From Macrostomum lignano (lineage: Eukaryota): 46,058 nucleotides of DNA. Where the stretch lies: contig NIVC01001322.1 of NCBI GenBank assembly GCA_002269645.1, positions 214,061 through 260,118 of the forward strand, read 5' to 3'. The translations under genes were made by a program, and so were the position numbers. The notes under the pieces are model-generated. The model did no database searches. It was not told where the DNA came from and saw only the letters and a list, made by a program, of their open reading frames with translations. How positions within the stretch are numbered: position 1 is the first letter of the stretch; each line of letters opens with the position of its first letter. Of the stretch, positions 24,303 through 37,695 are shown in pieces.

Positions 24303-27300
24303 ATGGAGGCACCTGAAGATACCCTTAGGTTAACCGGATATGTTAATAGTAAATTATTTTCAAAAACCTGTCACGAGAAAGAAATGGACAATGTGCCCAT
24401 CATATGTACATGTCATAAAATGAGATGCTAATTATTTTCTTATATGCACAGTGTATGCTTCCTTCGGATACCAACCGATATCGAGTCGAACGAAAAATCC
24501 AAAAATACCAGTGGGCGCAGTGGCTTGAATGAATTGAATTTCAATTTTACCCTCGTCGAGAGATATCTATGGCAATAAGATCTGCGCTAAACACTTAGCG
24601 ACAAAAAGGTTAAAACCGACTTTGATCAACCTACTTTCCTGATCAGCCGGTTAAGCGATTTTTTGAGGCAATTTTCATCTGCCATTCCACTCGCTCATAA
24701 TCAGAAACTTGACGATTCTGCCACCAGTTTCAAACATAGTGGACCCGCCCGGCGGAGTCGCTGCGGCTGCTGCTGCATCGGCTGGCGTCGAGCTGCAGCA
24801 GCAGTGCGTCGACGGCAGCGACTCTACTCATTACCGGGCTGCCCTGCTGATCTGCTGCGAGCTGGATTGGACAGCCGAGACGGGACTGCACTGCGCCAGC
24901 GTCAGGCTGGTAGGAATTCTGTGGAGAATGTTGCCTAATATTTGTTTGTTCATTGATGCCCACATTTATCTACTCATAATTGGTTTCTCTGCTTTAATAC
25001 AGCTTTAATTCAATATTTAATGTCTTTTACGGCATAAAACAGAGGAAGGGAAGTATCTCCCGATACAATAGCTGCAAGCACAGGCACAAATTGACATTAT
25101 GGTGAGTCGGATCGTACTCTTTAGATCTTGAGGCGTTTATAGCTTCTGGTCTGTAGAAGGAACTCCGCCGACCGCCTACTGCATCAGGGAGCCTAGTGAC
25201 TTTGGTCTTGAGACATCTCGGGGCTTAATCACTGCGTGTCATTGTCTCTAAAAACACTTGTAGATATCTATAATGACGCTTAAGTCGACTGGATTCTGCA
25301 AAGAGGTCGAAGTCGAATTTAAACAAAGGTTTTTCCTAAACCTTTCAGCTCGCGCTCGCCAGCTCCCAGTACTCGCGCCCGCTACCCCCTGTGCCAAGAG
25401 AATCGACTAACAACGCCAACAACATTGACGTCAAGTCAGCTGGATGTCATCACACCGTGCATCGCCCGCCCAGATGCGACATTTACGCATCAAATTCAGT
25501 GCCGCCTCCAAACCCGAATGCTGTTCCGATGGGACTTAAAAAGCGTCATTCGCCAATGCCAACCGACAGCAGCAGAATATTCAGTAGTCAGTCAGCCAGA
25601 CGCTGCGAAAGTGCTTATAGTTATTGTAGCTGTTTTACTAGCAGCTGCTACGGCACCACGGGGGCCCACGTGGACAGCAGTGACGAGTCGAGCTATGAGT
25701 ACCTAAATCAGTGTGCATCGAATCGCAGCACATATCAAGTCGATCGCAGCCGACAGAGAGAGCCCCGACTAAGCCAGCAGCTGTCAACAGTTTCAGCCAA
25801 CAATCGGCAGTGCCATCAGGGCCCAGTTGTATCCATGCTGCAGTGCTTACACCCAGCCGAGAATAGGCGCACCCAATCGTACGATAGCTTTTCTAGCGGT
25901 AGAAGGCGCCAGAGCCGACAGATACACCCTCGAGGACACTCGCGACCGTCCGCACAGCAGCGGGTTCAGGACTGCGTAGGCGGCAATCAAACGGCGGTTC
26001 AAATTGTCTTCGACAGCGACTGCAGTCGGTCGCCGATGTGCTGCGTGCTCAAACCCGATGATGAGGAGTCTTCATCCGAGGAGGAAAGCACTGAAGGTTG
26101 CAGCGGTTTCGCTCATAAACCCTACTGTTTCAACGAATCATCGGACAATGAAGAATGCGACGAACGTTCGGATGGTCGAATGTATCGCGGAGTAGATCGT
26201 CACGATGGTCGTTCAACAACTACTTGTGACTGTTGCTACTACTGCAGCTGTTGCTGCTCCAGGCAAAGAGATCAGCCTATGGAACAACGCAGGCACCCTC
26301 CAACAATGCTGATCAGGCGCGACCAGCGCGTTATGACAGCGCGCAGCCGAGGGGAATGCGCTGGTAGAGTTGGAAAAGGCTCATTGGTCGACTGCCGGAC
26401 GAACTGTTGTAAGTTTATACTTTTAAGAATATTCGGTTCATCAATATTTTGTAATAAATGTTTTTTTTTATTCGTCGTCCAATGTCAAATAATTGCTCAA
26501 TTTGTGTCATATTGCTGTTTCCAGACGAAGCGTCGGTCTGTCACACGAGACGCATGACGTGCGTTTCAGATTGTCCTGGAGAATTGCAGCAACCGCGGCA
26601 CAGACACCAAGTGGACGTGTACGCGACCTGCTGCCATCCCGATGACTCTGTTGCTTACATGGAACGTAACGAGCCGGTAGACAAGTCTAGGCGCTCAAGG
26701 CGGTATAGTCTTCAACAGCAGCAACAGGAACAGTTACAAGATCAACAACAACAGCAGCAGCAGCTACAACAGCAGCAGCAACAAGAACAAGACTATTTAA
26801 GACGGCAACAACATGAAGGTTTTGACCGCAGTAGAAGGCGCTCAGATGATTTGGAGTCAGCTGCCCTGAGACCGATGTTTAACGCCCCGTGGCAGCTGCA
26901 TCAGCAGTTTCCTGGCAACAAGCTGAGACCTGAAACAGACAATTTTCCGGGAACACAAAGAGCGGGAAGTTTACCAAATGATTACAAGAGACGTGGCAAC
27001 CACCTTCCTAGAGACTATGCAGCTGCAGCGGACGCAAACGAAGGTCAATGGACTAATGGTACGTTGGCTGATAAACATAGGCCTAGAGATCAGTTCAAGG
27101 CGCCAACTGAATATGATGGTCAATCTGGTCAATTTCGCACGGGCGAGAAGTATGGAAAGTACGGCTCTTCGTTTGAAAACTGGAGAACTGATACGAAATA
27201 CAACAAAATACCCGAAAGCCAGCCGCAGACAGGTGCTCTACCATATGATCGCAACAAAGCCCAGCCAGATTACCTAAACGATCGCTTTAAAGGCACAAAG

Positions 27301-30300
27301 CTCGATCCCGACGGTGAAAAGCATCCAGACAGATACTATCAGAGAGGTAGCCTTGGACAGCATGATCGACTCAGTAGCAAGACTTCGCAGAAATACGACG
27401 ATGTTGCAGATTTCGACAAAGCAGGAATGCCGGATCCCTTAAGAGACAATGAATTGGTGGAACAGTACGGCGGCTGGACGGACAAAGTGTCGGTTGGCAA
27501 GTATTCTGGCAGAGCCGAAGGCAAATTTGCTGATCTTGTCACTGATCCAAGCCAAGGCAAAGAGTGGAATTACGAACAATGGAGCGAAAGGCCCAGCGCC
27601 AACAAGCTAGGCTACTCTACAGAATACGATTATAGATATTCAAAGCTCGGTGAACCGAACGTCACTAAACGTGGTCTAAAGAGACGCTCGTCGTTGCGGG
27701 ACAAAAGCGATAAACTGCCGATGGGATATATTGATGGGCATGAACCTCAGACCGATTCCAGTTATGGCACTGACAAATACTTAGACAGCACAACGAAAGC
27801 TGGCCATGAGAAGGACAGAGATGATAAACTTTTTATTGACAAAGGCAGAGATGGGAGCACAGAAAAGAAGGATGATAAACAAGTTTACGGGAAAATACCT
27901 AAAATAAATGAAGAGGACGGAGTTCACAGTAAAGAACCCGCTAAAGAAATCGCCACTGATTTGGCGCTGGCAGAAAACCCACGAAAAATCAGTGAGGAGG
28001 ATAGGCCCGTTGGAAATGCTCAAGACAGTGTCCAGAGTGCGCCAGATGTTGGCCCCAAGCCCAAACCAGTGGACGACAACGTGCAACCTTCCAGTGAAGT
28101 AGACACTGCTCCGATCACGAAGAATGTGCCAGTACCACCGACAGATTCCGCTGCTGAAGTGTCACGACCGACTACTGAGAATCAAGAGTTAACAGAAGAT
28201 AAGTCCAGAGACGCACTGCCTAGCGACAGCGATGAATATCAACGAATTGAAGCTCCCAGTGACGGGCAGCAAGGAAAGTCTCAACAGTTAAGCCAGCAAG
28301 AGACCATTTTTGACAGTTTAGAAGGCGCTGGACAGACGCAGCTTCACAAGCGGCCGCAACGTGATGACGTAGCAGAGTCAAAAGCGTCAGACTCGCGAGC
28401 AGAGGCTGCTGCTGCTGAAGAATCTGCGGATAAAGTCAATGATGGCGAAAATTTAGACCTACAAAGCCCTAAAAGCGACATAAAGCAGGCGAAACCGATG
28501 GAAACGAGTGGTGAGTCAAAAACCAGCGCCGCGGATGATGTCATGCAACGTGATCTTGAGGAAAAGTTGGCTCTTGAAAAACAAGGCGCTGATCATAAAC
28601 CGAAGGTATCTGCTGATGAATTCGATAAGCTTCCAAGTAAAGTTTCAACTGCCACAGAAAGTACACATCCAGAAAATTCAGGAGAGGTAAATTTTGGTCT
28701 AGATGATAGAGGAATTCCGCAAGAAAAGGTCAATAAAGACAGTGCGCAACGAAGTCAGCAACCAGATACCAGCCCTGAGTCAGAGCACCTCAGACGGACT
28801 GATACTCAGCCAACTCCAACACAAGAAACCACACAGCAGCTTGAAACTGCAACCAATATTACAGAGGATGTGCCCGAAGATGCGGGAAAACTTGCGAAAC
28901 AGCCACCTGATGGTGACGAGCCGCATCCTTCTCGTGCAATAGTTGATAAACCTGTCGACAACGAGAGAAAACCACCGCAAAGCTCTATTCCGCCAGGCTC
29001 AGTCCCAACTCCAGCAAAGATCTACTATCCACCGGGGGCAGAACAAAGAAGACGAAGTCAAATGCTAGACGCAGCAGTATCTCCGACAGGCATACCTCCT
29101 GGGACTTGCGAAAGACCGCTATTGCCACCCGGTGCGATTGTTGAAAAATCACCAGACACGGACGACAGGTTGAAGCAGCATCGCGGCAGCGTCACATCTG
29201 AAACGTGTGGACCAATTTATCCACCTGGGGCCGTAGGTAATCGTACTAGCCAGCTAAGCATCGGATCTGACGGCAGCAGAAGGCCAAGTATTGCCGGCAA
29301 GAGGGACGTATTTAACAAGATAACGCAGATGAAGCCGGGATACTCAGGCACTGAACAACGGCGCTCGAGCATAGCTGAAAAAAGCTTCAAAGCTGCTGAG
29401 AAAGGTTCAAGCACATGCTTTGAAAATGGCAAAGCCAATTCAACAGCCGACATCAGATCGATTCCTGTTATCAGGGAAGACAACGATGCATTTACAGCTG
29501 CTCTTCAATTTAACAAAACCAGCCAGGAAAGCTATCAAAGATACAACAGTCTGAAATTTGAGTCGGAGGGCGGAACACTGACTATTGACAAGTCTGAGTA
29601 CGTGTCTCGCGGAAGTCGCACTGAATCTTTCACCGACTATCAAAATGAACAAACAGCGCTACGCAGCCCCCTTGCAGATGCAGGGGCGGCAGCTCAGGAA
29701 CAACAACTAAGTTTGCACAAGAATGAGCTGGACCGTTCTGAGGAACCATACGTTGGTAGTAGACCAAATAGTTACTCATTTTCGCGGTTCTATGGTCAAC
29801 CAAATAGCCTTTTTGATAATAAAGAGTCCATGACGATTGAGTCTGGAAGCAGACCACACAGTCAGTTGGAGACTACAGCTACTGAAATCGGCCAAGGAAC
29901 AGCGCAAGTCGGAAAATTACCAAACGAATCTGCAATGGATAGCAAGTCACTCGGATACAAACAGATTCAGTACGCGCACGAGACTATGCCAGGTAGTTAC
30001 CAACTTGGTTCAGGTGCTCAAGATCAAACTACACCGGAGAATCACCCTGGCCAGCAAGTGTACGATCGGCAAAATCTGGGCTACCAACCTAGTCATTTCT
30101 TCAAAGACAGCGCGCCATATGTGTACGAGAAGTCTGAAAAGTCCATACCCAGCAACCAACCAGCATCGGAAAGTGATCCTATATCGCAAAAATACGCAGC
30201 AAAGACGGTCCTTGAAACAGGAGTTCCGATGACTGAAAAACTGGAGTACCAGACAGATAACTCAGTTTCAGGGGCAGGATCGGGAAATGATCCAGCAGCC

Positions 30301-33300
30301 AAAGGAGAAAACCAGACCGAACAGCTTGTGAAAAGAACCAGCAAAATTTACAAGCCGGAGCTGTCGCTTAGCGAGCTTAAAAAGACGCCAGCCGGAATTG
30401 CTGCTTCGGTGGTCTCAAGACCAGAGCATGGGCATGAAATTGCGGTTAATGTTAATAAGATCGGATTACAGCCAGCGCAGCAGTTGTCGCAGGACTACAG
30501 TGAAACGACTCCGGCAAAGTCGCAAAACTTAGCAGATGGTTCGACAGGTTACATACCTGAAAATGACGCCCTAAAAAACAAATCGATCCAACAGCCTGCT
30601 CAGCAAGCGCAGGAAAACAGACAGGACTATCAACAAATCGAGCCAACCGAGGATTACCAACTTCAAGGTCAGGCAACTGGCGGCAGTGAACTCGATACCA
30701 AACTCAAAGTTGGAAACGTTCCCGGATATCAACCTGCAGTGTCTACACCAGCTAGAGCTGACCACCAAACAGCACCTGAATATAAAAATGTTACAGAAAC
30801 AAACGAGAGACCCGAAAAGCAACAAGAAACAACAGAAATAGATGCAAGAACGGAACTAGAACCCTCAACAACGCCTGATGAAACACCTGGATCCCAACCT
30901 GCTATACCATTTGATAAAAGACTTGAATACCAAACGGATGCGACCTCTGGCGAAGGCCACAGATACAAATTGGGTGAAGCATCCGCTGGAAAGCCTGCAG
31001 ACAATTCTGGTGCAGCAGCAGTCGATGAAATTGAACGATTCCAGCGGAGAACTGGATACCAAAGTGACGTAACAGCTGTTGGAAGACCTGAATATCAATC
31101 TGATGCAACAACCGAAGGGAGACCTGATTTCCAGTCTGAATCCGGAGTACACCGACCTGCAATCATACCGGATGAAAGACCAGGATACCAATCTTCTGAT
31201 AGTAAACTTGAAACCCAACGTTCTGCACCATCTCAAAGTGGACTTGGATATCAGCCTATGGCTGAAACTCCTGAAACTAGACCCGAATTACAGCCTGAAG
31301 CAACACCGGACGGAAGACCTGAATACAATCATTCGATACCACCCGACGGTAAATCTGCATACCAGCCGGATGCTACAACACCTGATGGAAGACCTTTTTA
31401 CCAACCTTCAGCGACAGATTTTAAGGGGGCACCTTCCGCAACTGCTCTCGACGAGAGACCTGGATACCGAAAGATGGTAGACACTGAGGGAAAACTCCCA
31501 CAAATTTCCATAACATCTCCTGACGGCAGAACTGAATACCAGCCAGCTGCAACATTTGAGGAAAAAGCCCCGCACCATGAACACGCTGCATCAATCACTG
31601 ACAGAAGTCAAGAATTCCAGCCTGACCAGCAGCTATCTGACAGTGGACCCGAAAGTCAACCTGCCACAAGCATGCTCGATGATGGAACAAAATATCAGCC
31701 CCAACTACAAAAAATTGAAAGTGGACCTGATAATCTTCCCGCCAGCAGCTCTGAATACGCGCCTGCCGAGGCGACATACGGGAACGAGCCTGGGCAACAA
31801 GAAGCTTTTCAGACTTCCTTAGATGAAAATCCCAACTATCAGTCTAAACAGCTGAAGCAAAACGGTCGCACTGGATACCAACCTGCTGATAATATAGACA
31901 AGGTAGACAAACCCGTCTATTCTGAGACAGACAACCAGCCTGACAAGTTCACTAACCGACTGGCAGAAAAGAGTTTACCATCAGATGACACTTCTCAGCC
32001 CGACAAGCATGGTATCGTTCGTTCAGAATCTGAGCCGCAGCAAAAAGGTTTATCTTCGATCAGTGAAGAAAGACTGAGCACACCAGGAACGGTTTCAAAA
32101 GACCAATTTGAAACCAAGGCAGTGAGTGACAGTAGGTGGGGAACACCATCCGCTGCTGAGGTTCAAGCGCCGGCAATGGAGAGATACTCGCACAGAGCAG
32201 GTGGTACAGACTCAGGTGTCGTTCCAGCTAAAAGTGTCTCACTAGCTCGACCAGAAGATCAGAAAGCAGAAATTAATGCAGAAAGTGACAGCAAAGATGC
32301 ACTACAACGCAGCACAGCAACAATTGATTCGTCTGCAACCGACAGCCGCGACGAGCAGCTTGGTGAGCAGCTGGTGAGCAGCGACAGTCGAACGATATTT
32401 CCCACAAGCAGTGACAGCAGAACTGAGGTTGTGCAGAGCAGTGAATATAAAACTCCAGTTCCAACAAGCACTGGAGTTAAGACAGGAGGTCAGACAAGCA
32501 GTGAAGCCATGCCTGTTCAATCTGTAAGGACTAACCAAACAGCGGGAAGAGAAACGCCAAACAGTTTTTCTTCGGAAGCAAATGAACGCACTGGCTCGCA
32601 CGGGACTGATCCACCTACTGGTGCGGACGGAAGAACTAGTCTAACATCGGTTTTGGACAGTAAGACTGGTCTTCCAACAGAGAACAGCAGAGCTGGTCTT
32701 CCAACAGCAGACCACAGGGCTGGTCTCCAATCTGATGGGGAAAACAAGACGGATCTCCCGACATTGGTAGATGACAGAGCTGGTCTTCCAACACAAGTGG
32801 ACAGCAGGACTGATCAAGCATCAGCTGTGGACAGTAAGCCTGGTATCCCGACAGCGATGGACGGCAGGACTGGCCAACCATCTGGTGAGGATAGCAGGAC
32901 TGTTCAATCAACTGGTGTGGACGGCAGGACTGGTCAACCGACTGGTGTGGACGGCAGGACTGGTCAACCGACTGGTGTGGACGGCAGGACTGGTCAACCA
33001 TCAGGTGTGGATAGCAGGACTGGTCAACCGACTGGCGTGGACGGCAGGACTGGTGTGGACGGAAAGACTGGTCAGCCATCAGGTGTGGACGACAGGACTG
33101 GTCAACCATCTGGTGTGGACGGCAGGACTGGTCAACCATCAGGTGTGGATAGCAGGACTGGTCAACCGACTGGTGTGGACGGCAGGACTGGTGTGGACGG
33201 AAAGACTGGTCAACCATCTGGTGTGGACGGTAGGACTGATCAACCATCTGGTGTGGATAGCGGGACTGTTCAACCAGCTGATGTGGATAGCAGGACTGGT

Positions 33301-35737
33301 CAACCTACTGGTGTGGACAGCAGGACTGGTCAACCATCAGGTGTGGATAGCAGGACTGGTCAACCGACTGGTGTGGACGGCAGGACTGGCGTGGACGGAA
33401 AGACTGGTCAACCATCTGGTGTGGACGGCAGGACTGATCAACCATCTGGTGTGGATAGCAGGACTGTTCAACCAGCTGATGTGGATAGCAGGACTGGTCA
33501 ACCGACTGGTGTGGACGGCAGGACTGGTGTGGACGGAAAGACTGGTCAACCATCTGGTGTGGACGGTAGGACTGATCAACCATCTGGTGTGGATAGCGGG
33601 ACTGTTCAACCAGCTGATGTGGATAGCAGGACTGGTCAACCTACTGGTGTGGACAGCAGGACTGGTCAACCATCAGGTGTGGATAGCAGGACTGGTCAAC
33701 CGACTGGTGTGGACGGCAGGACTGGCGTGGACGGAAAGACTGGTCAACCATCTGGTGTGGACGGCAGGACTGATCAACCATCTGGTGTGGATAGCAGGAC
33801 TGTTCAACCAGCTGATGTGGATAGCAGGACTGGTCAACCGACTGGTGTGGACGGCAGGACTGGTCAACCATCAGGTATGGATAGCAGGACTGGTCAACCG
33901 ACTGGTGTGGACAGCAGGACTGGTCTTCCAGCAGCAGTAGACAACAGGACTGGTCTTCCACCAGCAGTGGACAACAGGACTGGTCTTCCACCAGCAGTGG
34001 ACAACGGGACTGGTTTTCCACCAGCAGTGGACAACAGGACTGGTCTTCCAGCAGCAGTGGACAACAGGACTGGTCTTTCACCAGCAGTGGACAACGGAAC
34101 TGGTCTTCCACCAGCAGTGGACAACAGGACTGGTCTTCCACCAGCAGCGGACAACAGGACTGGTCTTCCAGCAGCAGTGGATAACAGGACTGATCTGTCA
34201 ATACAAGTAGACAGCAGGACTGGTGGCAGCACTGCCTTTTCTCCAAGCACCGACAGCAAGAATGGGTTGGGTCGAAATCAACCTATTTTGAGAACAGCTC
34301 CGGAAGTCAAAGCCAATAGTCCAATAAAAGATGAGGATTCAATGTCGCCCCAATCAACAACAAAGCCGTTCGGAAGTGAAACAAAGACTGGAGCTTCAAT
34401 AGGCACAGAAAGTGCGACTCGGTTTCAGCCTGCTAGCAGTACGGGATTATCGCCGAGCACTGAAAGTCGAGCTGGGCTACAACAAGACCCAGAAAAAAGG
34501 CTCATCAATACCAGAGCCGATCCATATAATCCAGACTCCGGGACTGGCCAAACGCTACGAACTGAACTAGAAACTACCACTCCACTATCAGCCAGTGACA
34601 ACCGAACTGGGTACGCTTCAGAGTTTGACAGCACGACGATGCCATCGCGGGGTCCCGATGGAATCAAACCGCAGCTAACGCCAGTCAACAGTCGCACCCC
34701 AGTAGGTTTATCAATGCCGACAACATCGGTAGATCAGTCGCCAGAGGCTCGACTTGGACAAAGTTACACCGGCGAAAGTGTTGAAAAGAAACCAAGCGAA
34801 CTTGATCGGGATCAATCGCCGCTGAGCACTGCTCCACCTTCGAGCAGTCGTCCAGTGTTGCACATCGTTAGCGATGCGTCCAGTCGATCTCGTCCAACAA
34901 GTAGCACTCCTGGTCCCTTCAGTAGCGGCGGCAGCGATATTGCGGAGCAGCATAGGCTGGTGAATCCTGACAGGTAAGTCTCGTAGTAGACTTGATATCA
35001 GTACAGTAGTAGCCTCGATATCAGTACAGTAGTAGCCTCGATAATAACTTACTCAAAAACACAGGTGGGCTAAAAGCACCACAGAGGACGCTACAACGCT
35101 TAGCAAGAAACGGCCCGTACCTACGGAAGGTGTCAGCCGTATCCCACCGCTTCGCCAGCACGTCCAACTCCAGCCGAGCTTGCACCAACCGCAGGACTTC
35201 AGGCCGGGATCGCCGCTGGCGCAGCGTCACAGGGCGCAATTTGGCATCGCTGAACGAGTTCTGCTCACGGACGAGGAGACACACTCGGACAGTAGCGAGC
35301 GCTGCTTTGAGCTGGAATCTAAGCCCCTTCTTGTGACGGAGAGCAGCAATGCTAATGCCCGACTGAATGTCATAAGCTCGTCGAGTCTGTCCGATCGAGT
35401 CTGCACCCGACGGCCATACAGCCACGCAGTGTGGCACGCCGTGTCAGCTCCCGTTGATGATTCTACTACGTCAAACAGCAGCAGCAGCAGCTGCAGTTGC
35501 AGCGACACTGACGACGACAATTCAACGGCAACAACGACGACTTTCTCTAATCGTCGGCTCAGACGAAGCTCACTGCTGTCATCATCGCCTAATTCTGCCC
35601 GTCAGTTGCGTCAGCTCAGCTCGGATCGATTGTCATCTGACTGTCCGGTTTGTCGCTGCCTAGCTCTATTAGATGAGTTCAGTCTGCACCAGACAACAGG
35701 ATGCTCTGGCAACTGTCAACGCTTCTCAAATCGGTGA
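24303..35737 (+). CDS. Giant low-complexity, probably disordered protein, ~3465 aa, 6 exons; no recognised domain
   Basis: Phase-consistent exons: 24303-24328, 24705-24909, 25072-25101, 25349-26408, 26570-34973 (alternative in-frame acceptor at 26525), 35065-35737 (10398 nt). A 2839-codon ORF covers exon 5. The small 5' exons are less certain. Confidence 0.82.
32780..34225 (+). repeat. Coding 30-bp (10-aa) tandem repeat, QPTGVDGRTG grading into LPPAVDNRTG
   Basis: In frame within exon 5, with 18-bp short units (VDGKTG) and a 336-bp higher-order duplication. Confidence 0.95.
34994..35043. repeat. 23-bp tandem duplication (GATATCAGTACAGTAGTAGCCTC x2) in a 91-nt intron
   Basis: Exact copies at 34994 and 35017. 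Confidence 0.95.
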
Positions 35738-36096
35738 CAATCCTGCAGCTAACTGTTCTTCCACACTCCCATCTCGCGTCTTGAAGTTCAACAAATTGTA
35801 CCGCAACTATTTCGCGTTCTTTTTGCACCGATTTTTTGGCGACGCGAAAAGTTTTAGTTTTGCGACAGACTTGTGAAATCGTCGCGTCAGTTTTTTATTT
35901 ATTTACCGCTCTGTGGGGTTAATTATATGAAAGTAGACTGGCCAGTTCTGAACGAATTGTTTTCGGATTTTTTAATTTCTCAGAAATCAGTTCGGTTTTA
36001 ATAACTCTTTCTGAGAAATCGATTTCAACCTTTTTGGAGCCTTTTCGGTGCTTGAAATATGAGGCAAATCTCGCAAACTACTTTTGTTACACATAC

Positions 36097-36821
36097 CAGG
36101 TGCGTCGCCACCGGGGGGACAAGGGGACATGCCAATGCTTTGTCCCCACCCCACCTTTTGACTCGTTGTAGTAATCAAAAATGCTTCTTCAGGGCGCCAA
36201 AATACAGCGCTTTCGGTGCCAAAAGGAATACCTTCGGCGCTAAAATGAGTGTCTACAGCGCCACAATTAGTGTCTGTGACGCCGAAATGAGTGCCTGCGG
36301 CGCTACAATGAGCTCCTGCGGCGCCAAAATGAGTTCCTGCGGCGCCAAAATGAGTTCCTGCGGCGCCAAAATGAGTGCCTGCGGCGCCAAAATGAGTGCT
36401 TGCGGTGCCAAAATGAGCGCCTGCGGTGCCAAAATGAGTGCCTTCGGCGCCAAAATGAGTGCCTGCGGCTCCAAAATGAGTGCCTTCGGCGCCAAAATGA
36501 GTGCCTTCGGCGCCAAAAGAGCGCCTGCGGTGCCAAAATGAGTGCCTTCGGCGCCAAAATGAGCGCCTGCGGTGCCAAAATGAGCGCCTTCGGCGCCAAA
36601 ATGAGCGCCTGCGGCTCCAAAATGAGCGTCTGCGGCTCCAAAATGAGCGCCTGCGGTGCCAAAATGAGTGCCTTCGGCGCCAAAATGAGTGCCTTCGGCG
36701 CCAAAATGAGCGCTGACAACACGATTCTCAAAACAATGGAAATATGGGAATTTAGTCATGTACATGTTGTATTCTTGACTCTGTCCCCCCCCCCACCATA
36801 AAATCCATGGCGACGCCCCTG
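36097..36821. mobile_element. Non-autonomous hAT element (725 bp)
   Basis: 14-bp TIRs CAGGTGCGTCGCCA / TGGCGACGCCCCTG (1 mismatch) and a perfect 8-bp TSD ACACATAC at 36089-36096 and 36822-36829. Confidence 0.9.
36193..36712. repeat. 21-bp minisatellite (GGCGCCAAAATGAGTGCCTKC) inside the hAT element
   Basis: Tandem array; source of the spurious MSACGAK and ALILAPQ ORFs. Confidence 0.95.
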
Positions 36822-37695
36822 ACACATACTACTAGTGTATTTAGTTCTGTTCGATGGTGATGCAAAACGTTCTCCCAGTTAGCTTAGTACTATGAAAATG
36901 CGCGGAAATATGCTCTGCCCACAGGCAGAGAAGACCATAGGCTCTATCTCCCCGATCGGATTAGTTCTCCAATCGAAAGCGTGTTTTCGACCAATAAAAT
37001 TTAGAGTATATTTACTGGGCCCTACAGATCGAGTCGTACTAGTGCTCGAGCAGGAGTGCTGGATCACTAAGCTAGCGTAAAAATTTGGCAAGTTCCAAGA
37101 GCGACAAAGTGCGACATGTACTTTTACAAACTAAAAAAATATGCGCTTGTTTTAAAGCAGGTACATGAAACAAATTCGTTTAAAAGAAAATTATACAAAG
37201 TACAAAATGGTGGGCACATTTAGACTTACGAATCCATGCAGTCATTGGTAATGTATCGAAATCTCCCAATAACTGCATTACGCCAGCAAAGTAACTGTAA
37301 TGACATTTCAACTTTGTTTTGGACAATTTTTCTGCAACAAGTCCCCGTTCCGGCCTCCGATCGATGCCGTGCTAATCTGCCTTTGCAGTCCCTTGAGTAC
37401 TCGATAAAAAATGCCGAACTCAGTTTAATGCTCCGTGTGGTTTTACCAACTGATAAGACTGCGTAGTGGCTGGATCGTTTTACTCAAACCGCAAATACAA
37501 GCTCCGCTGGAAGTTTGTGGCCTGATCTGGATCTGACTCTGTAAGCAAAAATTCCAATGCTCGTACAGTACTGAGAGGGCACTGTAGAGCCAGTGTTTAT
37601 ATAAAATAATTAGGGTATTCGATCTACAAGCTATTTGAAATTCTTGAAACAGATTTTTTTCTATTTTTGAGAGCTGGTTGCTAATTGGGAAGGAA

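Noticed and set aside
32636-34259. Antisense and alternative-frame ORFs (DQSCRPH, WTAGLVN, SPAVHT)
   Set aside because: Shadows of the 30-bp coding repeat in the 2839-codon frame.
36059-36825. MSACGAK / ALILAPQ / RRQNECL ORFs
   Set aside because: Translations of the 21-bp array inside a non-autonomous hAT element.
36880-37074. 9-bp inverted repeat TAGCTTAGT / ACTAAGCTA as a MITE
   Set aside because: Too short, and no clear TSD.
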